Below are positions 39,728 through 48,242 of a DNA stretch of 64,000 bases, piece by piece. Positions within the stretch are counted from its first letter, which is position 1, and each line of letters opens with the position of its first letter. The stretch comes from Candidatus Micrarchaeia archaeon (GTDB lineage: Archaea > Micrarchaeota > Micrarchaeia > CAILAH01). The stretch is taken from NCBI GenBank assembly GCA_038874595.1, contig JAVZCB010000002.1:128001-192000 (forward strand), in the 5' to 3' direction. A program made the position numbers and the translations under genes. Below the pieces are notes generated by a model. That model had not been told where the DNA came from. It worked only from the letters and a program-made list of their open reading frames with translations, and did not search any database.

Positions 39728-40096
39728 TCACCCACCAAGTATATCAGATACCTTTTTGCTGGCGTTCTCCATGCTGAGCAGCACAAGGCCTAGGTTTGCG
39801 TTTTTACTTACCAAGCATGCAAGTATTGCCATACTCCCCGCCCCGGTTGCAACAAGCTTTCCATCACCACTTTCCACAATTACCTGGTTAAATCCACCTA
39901 TTTTTAGCTCGTCAGCAGATGTTTCAGCGGTCCCTACAAGCGCAGCAGTCATAGCCGCTATCGTTCTGCCATCCACATAGTTAGGCATATCGCTTGCAAC
40001 CATCAGCCCGTCCCGGCGCACGATTGCACTAGCACTAATATCACCAACTTTTCTCAGTTCAGCAAGTATTGTCTCCAACTCCTGCCTTTTTTCCAT
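39728..40096 (-). CDS. Roadblock/LC7 domain protein
   Basis: SAIVRRDGL, IAAMTAAL, NLGLVL. Confidence 0.92.
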   Translation of the reverse strand: MEKRQELETILAELRKVGDISASAIVRRDGLMVASDMPNYVDGRTIAAMTAALVGTAETSADELKIGGFNQVIVESGDGKLVATGAGSMAILACLVSKNANLGLVLLSMENASKKVSDILGG

Positions 40097-40157
40097 GATA
40101 TTAGATGCGGTTTAAACATTTATAAATAAGCAGCCCGATGTAATATTAGGTGTTCAT

Positions 40158-40556
40158 ATGGTGGCCAAAAAGCTCAAATCTAAGGTTAAGAAATCTGGAC
40201 GGGCAAGCAAAATTAGGAAGAAGGCGACCGCCCGGAAAACGGCCAGAAAGCCGGCTCCGATAGAGAAAAAAATCGAGCACGATCTTGAACCAGTCCTGCG
40301 TGAAGAGATAAGGCAAGACATAGAGAGCGAGATTAAGGAGGAAGTTGCAAACGAGGTTAAGAACGCGATTGAGGTTGAAGAGGAAGACAATATGCTCAAA
40401 ATTGCAATCAGTGTCATAATAAGTACAATACTTACAGCATTGATTGCTGGTGCTGTTTGGTGGTTTAACCCGCTCCCAGCATCCCAGATAACCTTAATAG
40501 CAATCGTTGTTTGGATTATAATAACAATAGTGGCATACTTCTTCCAGAGTAAGTAG
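40158..40556 (+). CDS. Membrane protein with a Lys/Arg-rich N-tail, acidic linker and 2 C-terminal TMs
   Basis: Composition; SD AGGTG. Confidence 0.7.
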   Translation: MVAKKLKSKVKKSGRASKIRKKATARKTARKPAPIEKKIEHDLEPVLREEIRQDIESEIKEEVANEVKNAIEVEEEDNMLKIAISVIISTILTALIAGAVWWFNPLPASQITLIAIVVWIIITIVAYFFQSK

Positions 40557-40629
40557 ACATTTGGAAAAATCCTAAATAAGCTTTTTGGAAATTTTTTCAT
40601 ATTATAAACATTTTCTGTCCTTTAATTTT

Positions 40630-43600
40630 ATGCGCGTGCCATTTTTTATCTTAGCATTGCTTTTTGCACTTTCTCCATGCTTCGCTTTCAATGCAACTTA
40701 CCTGGACCCAACAATTGAAAAGCCGTGGGAATTTAACAGCGTCTCGCTACCAGATTTTATAACAAACGTGCTTCTCAATAGCCCTGGCAGGACAGACATT
40801 GACAATAGCTATATGTTTGCGCTTTCACCGGAAGTATCTTCACAGCTGAGCGAAGAGATACGCCACGCTAAGAATGCAGACCAGAATCTGAAAACGCTCG
40901 GTGAAAGTAGATACCTCCTCAAAGATGCAATCCAGAGTCATCTTAACGAGACAGTTGGAAAATCTGCCGCAGCAATCGCTTACATGCTTGTTCCTATGCT
41001 TGGGATGTTTTTGGCCATTGATGCGGGAACAGGGGCGATATATGAGGTTTCAGATCTTGGGGCGGAGATGCTATCAATATGTAAAAACCATTATACGGCA
41101 GCGGTAGCGGCAGTCGAGGAAAGCGAGCTGGCATACAACGGCCTGCTATCAAAGGTTTCTATGGGTTACAGGGAGCTTTGGCTTATGGGTGCTCTCAATC
41201 CTTCCTATAAAGGCAGGTATGCCAACGACATCGCACAGCTAGAGTCGCGCCTTGCATCAATAGATGGCAAGCTGCTGCGTGAGCGGGAAGCCAGCATTAA
41301 GAAATATGCACATATGACTGCAAATGACCCGTCAGCTTATCATCCTCTTGTTTCAGAGTCAGTGTTCCAGGCCAGGTACCTGCTTGATGGGCAGGAATCA
41401 GCATTCTCAAAGCTTATTTTTGCATACACAGCCCAGAATTCAATAAAAGAGGGCCTTATCAAAGAGCGCGAATCAGCAAAGTCTTCCGCAGAAACACGTG
41501 CCGGGCAAATATCTGCAGAATACTCTGAGGTAAGTAAGAAATATGGGCAGATAACAGATGCAGATGTTGTATACTTTGGTATTGCTACGCTGGACACGCT
41601 TGATTCACCTTCAACCCATATTTCAAAAGCTTCTGAAAACATTGCAGAATACACTTCCATCATCTCAGAAGGTGACAGGGTTTATGCTGCAAAATCATAC
41701 GGATATGTTATAGACTCAATAAATGCATATTACTTAGCGCTTTCAAAGATGGATAGTGCATCATATAACCTGAAAGAGGCGGCGCGGCGCGGAATCCTGA
41801 TAGTCAGCTCTGCCGAAAATATAACACAAAAAGAGTATATTGCAGCAACAGCTGCAGCATCTGCATTTATTCCTAAGACTGCGGCAGAGCAACAGCAGCT
41901 CTCTCTTGCTCGTAGCATGATCGAAAAGGCAGAAAAAGAAATGGCTCTTGCCAGCAATACTCCTGCTGAGAGGATATCACATCTTAAAATTGCGCTGAAC
42001 AGCCTGCGCCTTGCCCGTGCATATCTTTCTCCAGACGAAGTGTTCCGTGCAAATGCCAAGGACTCAGCGGTGAGCTCACTTGATTATTTGAAATCGGTGA
42101 TTGACCGTGCAAAAACAGATTCAATCGATGTTTCTTATGAAGAATCATATTATAAAAGCAAAATGCTTGCATTGCAGAGCGGCAATTTAGCCGCTGCAGA
42201 AATGGTAAACATCTCACTCACATGCAACAACCTGACGGAACAAATATTTATGCGTGGCGCTGCACAGTATTCACATCTTTCATCACGTTATGCCACATTG
42301 CTACCGCTGGCAACGTATTTTGAATCGCTTGATGGCAAGCCATTGAAAGAGTACACATTGCTCAACCCATACATAGACGCCACTGGCACTTTTGATAAAT
42401 ATCTATCGCTCGGGCATTACAAGGAGATAACTGGGCTCATAGCAGGGCTCGAAGCGCAAATACGTGTAAAAACGAAAGAGCTCATCCGCGAATCGCTTGA
42501 AAGAAACGCTGTTGTGAGCGTCAATTATGACAACGCAACGATTGTTTTAGATGTGCCTATCACGCGCAAGGTTGATGTATCTACATACAGTATTCTGGAT
42601 TTAGAGTACAAAGGGCCTATTTCAACGAGCATTCGAATTCCCTATGACGTTTCAAGATCAAAGGCCAAGTATGATACGGCAGGGCTTTCTTATAGTTATA
42701 CAAACAACCAGCTCAATATTCTTATCAACCAATACACCCCAAATAAGATGTATACAATTTCTTTTGAGGACACGCAGGTTCTTGCAAGAACACAATCCGT
42801 TAAAAGGGAATCTACCCTTATTACGCCAACGCTGCTCAGGGTAAAAGTTGAGAGAAAAATAACCTCGCTCGGAACCCCCTATCTTAAAATCCCGGCAAAC
42901 TATGATTATTCATATGTGTTGTATTATGATGGAGAGTACGTTGGGAGTTTTAATTATGATGCGGAAATAGCACGACCGATACCTGCAGGGGAGCATATAT
43001 TAACAATGGTATATTCAATTGAAAACCCTTTTGTTGCTACATTGAACAGCGTATCTAGCACAAAAACCAGCACAACAATGTCTGTTATCATTAAAAACAC
43101 AGTCCCATTTGATATTAGCGACGCTATGATAAGCTATGACATTCCGGCAGTATCCCCATCTTCTGTATTAGTATCATCTTCGGATTGTGAAATAAAATCA
43201 ACTGCCAGCACACATTTTCCAACATACACGCGTCTTACCATAAACGTGAAGGCATTTTCAGCCAGCTCAAAATGTACTTTTGACATCCATGCAAGCACAC
43301 CTATAAGCAAGGAGTATATTGAGGAGGAAATTGTACGCTTATCTAAAGACAATACTGCATTGCAGAGTAAAGAGGTGGAAAACCACCTTAACAAGGCACG
43401 GAACGCATTCGAGACTGGAAAGTATGAAGATGCTCTTAAAGCAATCTCCGATGCGGACAAGACGCTGGTTGAGGCAAAGCGAGCAACCGAGCAAGCCAAT
43501 CGCCAGGGAGAAGAGATAGAAAGGTTATCAAAACAAACCGCCTCGGTGTTAGCCAACTTATCAAATATGAATGATGTGGAAGTCCAAAAAGCGCTTGCCA

Positions 43601-44499
43601 AAATCAAGTCCTACTACGATTCCGCAAATGCTGAGGCCGAGCCTGCAAAGAAGCTTACATTCCTGCGAAAAGCAAACGATGAGGTTCTGGCTTTGAACAC
43701 GCTTGTATACAGTAAGATATCCTCCATTTCAGAACGCCTTAATTCAGTAAAGCAGAAATGGCTTTTACTTATAGATAAGGGATACTCAAAAAGCATGCCG
43801 CCAGAGGTTGCGGAAGTAGAGTCCGTGCTTGCGATGGCATCTTCTTCCCCAAATCCAGATTCAAGCACGTTTTTGCAGCTTGGTAAGGCCTCCTCAATTC
43901 TAGATTTGCTTGAAATATCAGTAAAGAACGCAGACAAAAATGCATCTGAATGGGAATCTTCACTTAAAGAGAGGTTTAAGTCATCAGTTACCATGTTAAA
44001 GGCCGCAATAGCCCAGCTCACAAAAGCGTGCGGTACAAAGTGCCCCCAAGATATGGTTTCTTATTCCCAGTCACTATTATCCTTGAATCCACAAACACCG
44101 TCTGAATATTCTATTTCGATAGATACAATAAACAAAACGCTTTCCAGCATTAACACCTATATATCTACAGAGCGCTCAGCCGCAAACACGGCAATATCAG
44201 AGCTTAAATCAATATCCTTAACAATATCGGACCCGCGCGTGAAACAGGTGCTAACACCAAAAATCCAGGAGATTGAGTCTATGTATGTTGCGGGAGAATA
44301 TTCTCGAGCAAAAGAGGCAGCAATTGCAGTCAAAGAAAGCCTCACAGGCACACCACAGAAACCAGCAGGTGATTATACCCTTATCCTTGCTGGACTTGCA
44401 GTAATTGCAATCTCCTTTATAATATTAAAGATGCGTGAGCGCGGCGCAAAATCAAATGAAGCAATTCAAGAGGCAAAACAGCTAAAACGCGAAAAATAA
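40630..44499 (+). CDS. Very large (about 1290 aa) surface protein: helical/coiled-coil regions flanking beta domains, with a C-terminal anchor
   Basis: Signal peptide MRVPFFILALLFALSPCFA, heptad-rich segments, C-terminal TM followed by a basic tail. Confidence 0.8.
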   Translation: MRVPFFILALLFALSPCFAFNATYLDPTIEKPWEFNSVSLPDFITNVLLNSPGRTDIDNSYMFALSPEVSSQLSEEIRHAKNADQNLKTLGESRYLLKDAIQSHLNETVGKSAAAIAYMLVPMLGMFLAIDAGTGAIYEVSDLGAEMLSICKNHYTAAVAAVEESELAYNGLLSKVSMGYRELWLMGALNPSYKGRYANDIAQLESRLASIDGKLLREREASIKKYAHMTANDPSAYHPLVSESVFQARYLLDGQESAFSKLIFAYTAQNSIKEGLIKERESAKSSAETRAGQISAEYSEVSKKYGQITDADVVYFGIATLDTLDSPSTHISKASENIAEYTSIISEGDRVYAAKSYGYVIDSINAYYLALSKMDSASYNLKEAARRGILIVSSAENITQKEYIAATAAASAFIPKTAAEQQQLSLARSMIEKAEKEMALASNTPAERISHLKIALNSLRLARAYLSPDEVFRANAKDSAVSSLDYLKSVIDRAKTDSIDVSYEESYYKSKMLALQSGNLAAAEMVNISLTCNNLTEQIFMRGAAQYSHLSSRYATLLPLATYFESLDGKPLKEYTLLNPYIDATGTFDKYLSLGHYKEITGLIAGLEAQIRVKTKELIRESLERNAVVSVNYDNATIVLDVPITRKVDVSTYSILDLEYKGPISTSIRIPYDVSRSKAKYDTAGLSYSYTNNQLNILINQYTPNKMYTISFEDTQVLARTQSVKRESTLITPTLLRVKVERKITSLGTPYLKIPANYDYSYVLYYDGEYVGSFNYDAEIARPIPAGEHILTMVYSIENPFVATLNSVSSTKTSTTMSVIIKNTVPFDISDAMISYDIPAVSPSSVLVSSSDCEIKSTASTHFPTYTRLTINVKAFSASSKCTFDIHASTPISKEYIEEEIVRLSKDNTALQSKEVENHLNKARNAFETGKYEDALKAISDADKTLVEAKRATEQANRQGEEIERLSKQTASVLANLSNMNDVEVQKALAKIKSYYDSANAEAEPAKKLTFLRKANDEVLALNTLVYSKISSISERLNSVKQKWLLLIDKGYSKSMPPEVAEVESVLAMASSSPNPDSSTFLQLGKASSILDLLEISVKNADKNASEWESSLKERFKSSVTMLKAAIAQLTKACGTKCPQDMVSYSQSLLSLNPQTPSEYSISIDTINKTLSSINTYISTERSAANTAISELKSISLTISDPRVKQVLTPKIQEIESMYVAGEYSRAKEAAIAVKESLTGTPQKPAGDYTLILAGLAVIAISFIILKMRERGAKSNEAIQEAKQLKREK

Positions 44500-44527
44500 T
44501 ATTATAAAATGAAATGAAAGCAAGGAT

Positions 44528-44662
44528 TTATTCTTCTTCCTCCTCTTCTTCCTCCTCTTCTTCGTCTTCCCAGTCTTCTTCCTCTTCATCCCATTCCTCA
44601 TCTTCTTCCTCTTCATCGATATCTTCATCTTCCTCATCAAAGTCGTCGTCACCGAACATCAT
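44528..44662 (-). CDS. 44-aa hyper-acidic microprotein
   Basis: MMFGDDDFDEE...W...W...E11; 36/44 residues D/E; SD GAGGTG just upstream of the ATG; mixed synonymous codons. Confidence 0.72.
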   Translation of the reverse strand: MMFGDDDFDEEDEDIDEEEEDEEWDEEEEDWEDEEEEEEEEEEE

Positions 44663-44729
44663 CTTTACACCTCTGTTAGCTTTTGTTTTCTTGTCAAAGT
44701 TTTTAATACTTATGTGGGGCAATTTTCTT

Positions 44730-45833
44730 ATGCAGCCGACGTTTGATGCCATAACAAGATATATTTTTTCACTTAAAGATCCAATGCTCACATTTATTGC
44801 AACAATAATTGACGAATACCTCCCTTTGATATATCTTGTTGCCCTTATGTTTCATACAAGACTTTTATCACAGCAGGACCGTCTGCTAAAAGTTACGGTG
44901 GCCGTGCTGCTTGCGCTCCTCCTAACATATATACTTAAATACGCATTTCAGGTACCTCGGCCCTGCATTTTAGACGAGGCATACATAAAGACAGAGTGCC
45001 CAGCAGTACCAGATTTCACGTTCCCAAGCGGCCACGCAACGCTTGCAGCGGTGGTGCTTGCGCTGTTTGTTGGCACACAGGCATTTCCGACATTTCTTAT
45101 TCTCTCATTACTGGTTGGTTTTTTCAGGATTAACCTGGGTGTGCATTTTCTTAACGATGTTCTTGCAGGTTTTGTAATAGGTTTTCTCTCGTACGATGTC
45201 GTGGACCGCTTTTTTTCAAAAGGTACGCTAACACTGCACACCAACAGCCAAAACCGAAAATTTGAGTTCAGGCGCCAGCTTCTTCATGTATTTATAGGGG
45301 TATTACTTCTATTTGCGCTTTTCTTATTTACAACATATTACAGGATGAACGGCCCGGTGTATCTCGAGTTTCTCATTTTTATAGGCCTTGTATTTCTCCT
45401 CGTATTGATAAATTATAGGATGTGTGGCGGGAAAAATCCTCAAATATCCTTCATTTTTGACATATTTGAGCGTGCCGGCAGCACGCAAGGGTACGGTGCG
45501 TTCTGGTATGGCATGGGCATTTTATTCGCTTTTGTGTTCATATCAAATATTAGTTTCCTTGCCGCAACGATAGTTGCACTTGGTATAGGTGACGGGATAG
45601 CAACACTTGTTGGTACGCATGGCAGGATACGTAATCCAATAAACCCAAATAAGACAATTGAAGGTACACTTGCATTTTTTGCATCAACAGCTATTTTCTC
45701 ATATTTCTTATTAGGACCGTTCGCGCTCTTATTTGCAGCAGTAACTGCTTTTGTCGAGTCGCTCCCTCCAAAGCTTGATGATAATTTTACTATCCCCTTG
45801 GCTTCAGTACTACTATACGCGCTTGTTTTCTGA
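44730..45833 (+). CDS. PAP2 phosphatase fused to a SEC59/DGK1/VTE5-type polyprenol kinase
   Basis: K...PRP, FPSGH, R..LGVH..DV (PAP2), then RRQLLH, GDG.A.LVG, NPNKTIEG and DDN. Confidence 0.82.
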   Translation: MQPTFDAITRYIFSLKDPMLTFIATIIDEYLPLIYLVALMFHTRLLSQQDRLLKVTVAVLLALLLTYILKYAFQVPRPCILDEAYIKTECPAVPDFTFPSGHATLAAVVLALFVGTQAFPTFLILSLLVGFFRINLGVHFLNDVLAGFVIGFLSYDVVDRFFSKGTLTLHTNSQNRKFEFRRQLLHVFIGVLLLFALFLFTTYYRMNGPVYLEFLIFIGLVFLLVLINYRMCGGKNPQISFIFDIFERAGSTQGYGAFWYGMGILFAFVFISNISFLAATIVALGIGDGIATLVGTHGRIRNPINPNKTIEGTLAFFASTAIFSYFLLGPFALLFAAVTAFVESLPPKLDDNFTIPLASVLLYALVF

Positions 45834-46493
45834 TTATTTTTTTCTACACACAATAAACAAATGGTGCTTTTCGTATGGGTCAAGCTCAAAGCTCTCCAGG
45901 ATTTCAAAAGTCCCCCCTAAGTTTGAGAGCACCCTCCTATACACTTCCTGCGGTTTCAGTGTCACATCAATTGATTGGGATTTTACAGCAATCATTGCAA
46001 TCCCGTTTTTTTTCAGGTATCTGGAATTCTCAATAAGTATTCTATCTTGGTCTGGTTGTGCAACATCTTCAAATAACACATCTACCACGCCAACATAACT
46101 ATATTTTTGGGGAAGCCGTGCATCTGCGAGCACCGGCCAGATATTTTTTCTGTTTTCACACCGTAAGAGCAGGTCTTTCATGCATTCAGGTGAAAACTCA
46201 ACAGCATATATCCTGCCATCTTCACCAATAATATCTGATATAAAACTTACCGTAACGCCTGCAGCCGCACCCAAGTAAAGCACTTTCACGCCTTCTCTAA
46301 AAGGCCACGTCTTAAGTCCTTTCATCATTGCCGCTCCAAGCTTACTCCTCTTTGGGTCCCATACCCTATACTCCTTTCCATCCTCTTTAACGATTTGCTC
46401 GCCATGCACCCGCACACCAGGGTCTAAACTCAAGGTGGCAATTTTCCCGTCAATTTCATAAACCCCATAATATGAAGATTTTTTAATAACCAT
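45834..46493 (-). CDS. flpA: Fibrillarin-like rRNA/tRNA 2'-O-methyltransferase
   Basis: YRVWDPKRSKL, VLYLGAA, YAVEFS, DVAQPDQ. Confidence 0.96.
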   Translation of the reverse strand: MVIKKSSYYGVYEIDGKIATLSLDPGVRVHGEQIVKEDGKEYRVWDPKRSKLGAAMMKGLKTWPFREGVKVLYLGAAAGVTVSFISDIIGEDGRIYAVEFSPECMKDLLLRCENRKNIWPVLADARLPQKYSYVGVVDVLFEDVAQPDQDRILIENSRYLKKNGIAMIAVKSQSIDVTLKPQEVYRRVLSNLGGTFEILESFELDPYEKHHLFIVCRKK

Positions 46494-46508
46494 GGCTAAA
46501 TTAGGAAA

Positions 46509-47441
46509 GTGAAAGCACATAAACAAATGCTTTATTTGGCAGTTTCATTGCTTTCCCTAATACTATTCATTTTGATTGCACAGTGGCTTGGTTTTGATGT
46601 TTCCGCCTCTTTTAGTGAGATTCTCTCAATAGGGATACTACCATTCATAATACTTTTTTTAATTACAACGATAGAGTTTATTGCAAAGACATTCAGGTTT
46701 AAATATGCACTGAATAATGAGTATTCCTTTAGGCAGCTAGCAGCACCTTATCTTGCCAGCATTTTCATATCCTTCCTTGTCCCATCAAGATTTGCGGGGG
46801 AAGGAATACGGCCATTGGCATTCAGGTCAAACCCAAAAATACCTGCCAGCGAGTGCCTCTCAGCAATCTCGATTGAGCGCGTATTTGATGTGTTGTTCTT
46901 GCCTTTCCTTCTTTTTGGGGCCATCTCATCCCTGTTGGACCCAATAATATCAATTGCACTTATAATCTCGCTTATCTTGTTTCTTGTAATATCAACGACG
47001 ACTTTATTTATAGAGGCCTCCTCGCTGGTGCCACATAAGGCGCTATCATCTTTTTTTAGCATATATTTCAAGTCATTGCGCGACACGATTTCTAACACGA
47101 ACAAGTTCATAACCATAACGGCGCTTACAGTAATAATATGGCTGTGCGCATTCCTGCGCTTGTGGCTTATCATAATGTTTTTGGATGCAAGCCTGCCCTT
47201 CTTTGAGGCTTCCTCTGCAAGCGCCGCCGCATACTTGTTTTCTGTGTTATCAATCCTCCCAGGCGGCGGAGTTTTGTTTGAAGGGGGAGGCACGGCAGCA
47301 CTTATGTTTTTTGGTGTTGCATCAGATAAAGCGCTGTCTGCGATGCTTGTTGAGCGCTTTTTCGCGTATTGGGTATTTATAATAGCGGGCCTGGCGGTGC
47401 TTCCCTACCTTAAATTAATGGGCGCGGGGAAGAAAGAATAA
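46509..47441 (+). CDS. Lysylphosphatidylglycerol-synthase-TM / flippase-like membrane protein (UPF0104)
   Basis: PSRFAGE..R, ERVFD, PGG.GV.E, ER. Confidence 0.85.
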   Translation: MKAHKQMLYLAVSLLSLILFILIAQWLGFDVSASFSEILSIGILPFIILFLITTIEFIAKTFRFKYALNNEYSFRQLAAPYLASIFISFLVPSRFAGEGIRPLAFRSNPKIPASECLSAISIERVFDVLFLPFLLFGAISSLLDPIISIALIISLILFLVISTTTLFIEASSLVPHKALSSFFSIYFKSLRDTISNTNKFITITALTVIIWLCAFLRLWLIIMFLDASLPFFEASSASAAAYLFSVLSILPGGGVLFEGGGTAALMFFGVASDKALSAMLVERFFAYWVFIIAGLAVLPYLKLMGAGKKE

Positions 47442-47486
47442 CAAGAGTATAAAATATATAACAAGCCCCCAAAGAATAAGCATAAA

Positions 47487-47642
47487 TGCGGCTGCCGGGA
47501 TTTTCACATGCACCCAGCACGTTATTGTATGGAGTGCCCTGCTTTGAACCCGGGTCTTAGCCTTTTTGAGAAGCACCGCATTTTTGGCGCTCAAAAAAGC
47601 GGCATGGCAAGGCCATGTCCTACCAGGCTAGACTACAGCCGC
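47487..47642 (-). tRNA. tRNA-Gly(GCC) with two introns: 37/38 (47564-47604, 41 nt) and 59/60 (47501-47542, 42 nt)
   Basis: Reverse complement GCGGCTG...TGGCC-TT-GCC-A|intron|A-GGCTA...CCGGG-TTCAAA|intron|T-CCCGG-CAGCCGC-A. Confidence 0.92.
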
Positions 47643-47701
47643 CTGTTATTGTATCATTCAAATTGGAAAACTATTTATTAGTTTCCAGGCCAATTTTTTT
47701 T

Positions 47702-48226
47702 ATGCGAAGGGGCGGGCAAATGGAGAATAATACAAGTGTACTGATGAATAAGCTGGTACAGGAGGGCGCATCGAAGAAGCTGGCCAGTTTTATATGTCGC
47801 CTTAACGAGGACCTTTCACTAATAAACCCATCCAAAAAGATAGATTTGGTTGATCACAAATTATTCATTTTTGAGGAAAATTCCCCGCTTGCAGTTATAG
47901 GTTTTTTAGGAAAGATAAATAATACCATCTCTTTTATTTATGACTCGCGCCATTTTGATGAATATGGCAGCACGGCACGCACAGTATTTTCACAGCTCTT
48001 TGCAGAGGATTACGAGAGGCTTCTGCAAAGCGGGGATGACCGGGAAATCCCAGCCTCATTAATTCACGAGTTTCACTATTTTGTAGCTAAACTTAACAGG
48101 TTTGGCAATGTGCTTGAAGTTGAGTTATACTCAAAGGATAGTGAGCTTTTGGCAATGCTAAGCGATATCCCAAAAGAAGCAGTTCTAGCAGACCGCAATA
48201 ACACGGCAGATTCAGGTTTGAATTAG
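47702..48226 (+). CDS. Hypothetical protein
   Basis: Open frame filling the gap; start trimmed to avoid tRNA-Gly; no recognisable motif. Confidence 0.55.
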   Translation: MRRGGQMENNTSVLMNKLVQEGASKKLASFICRLNEDLSLINPSKKIDLVDHKLFIFEENSPLAVIGFLGKINNTISFIYDSRHFDEYGSTARTVFSQLFAEDYERLLQSGDDREIPASLIHEFHYFVAKLNRFGNVLEVELYSKDSELLAMLSDIPKEAVLADRNNTADSGLN

Positions 48227-48242
48227 CAGCCAGAACAAAACA

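Noticed and set aside
39204-39980. 258-aa plus-strand ORF and the many other antisense ORFs in the track
   Set aside because: Shadows of well-supported genes on the opposite strand, with no motifs.
44514-44729. Poly-serine N-terminus of the PAP2 ORF
   Set aside because: Antisense shadow of the acidic micro-ORF, which has the SD site. The PAP2 gene more plausibly starts at 44712 or 44730.
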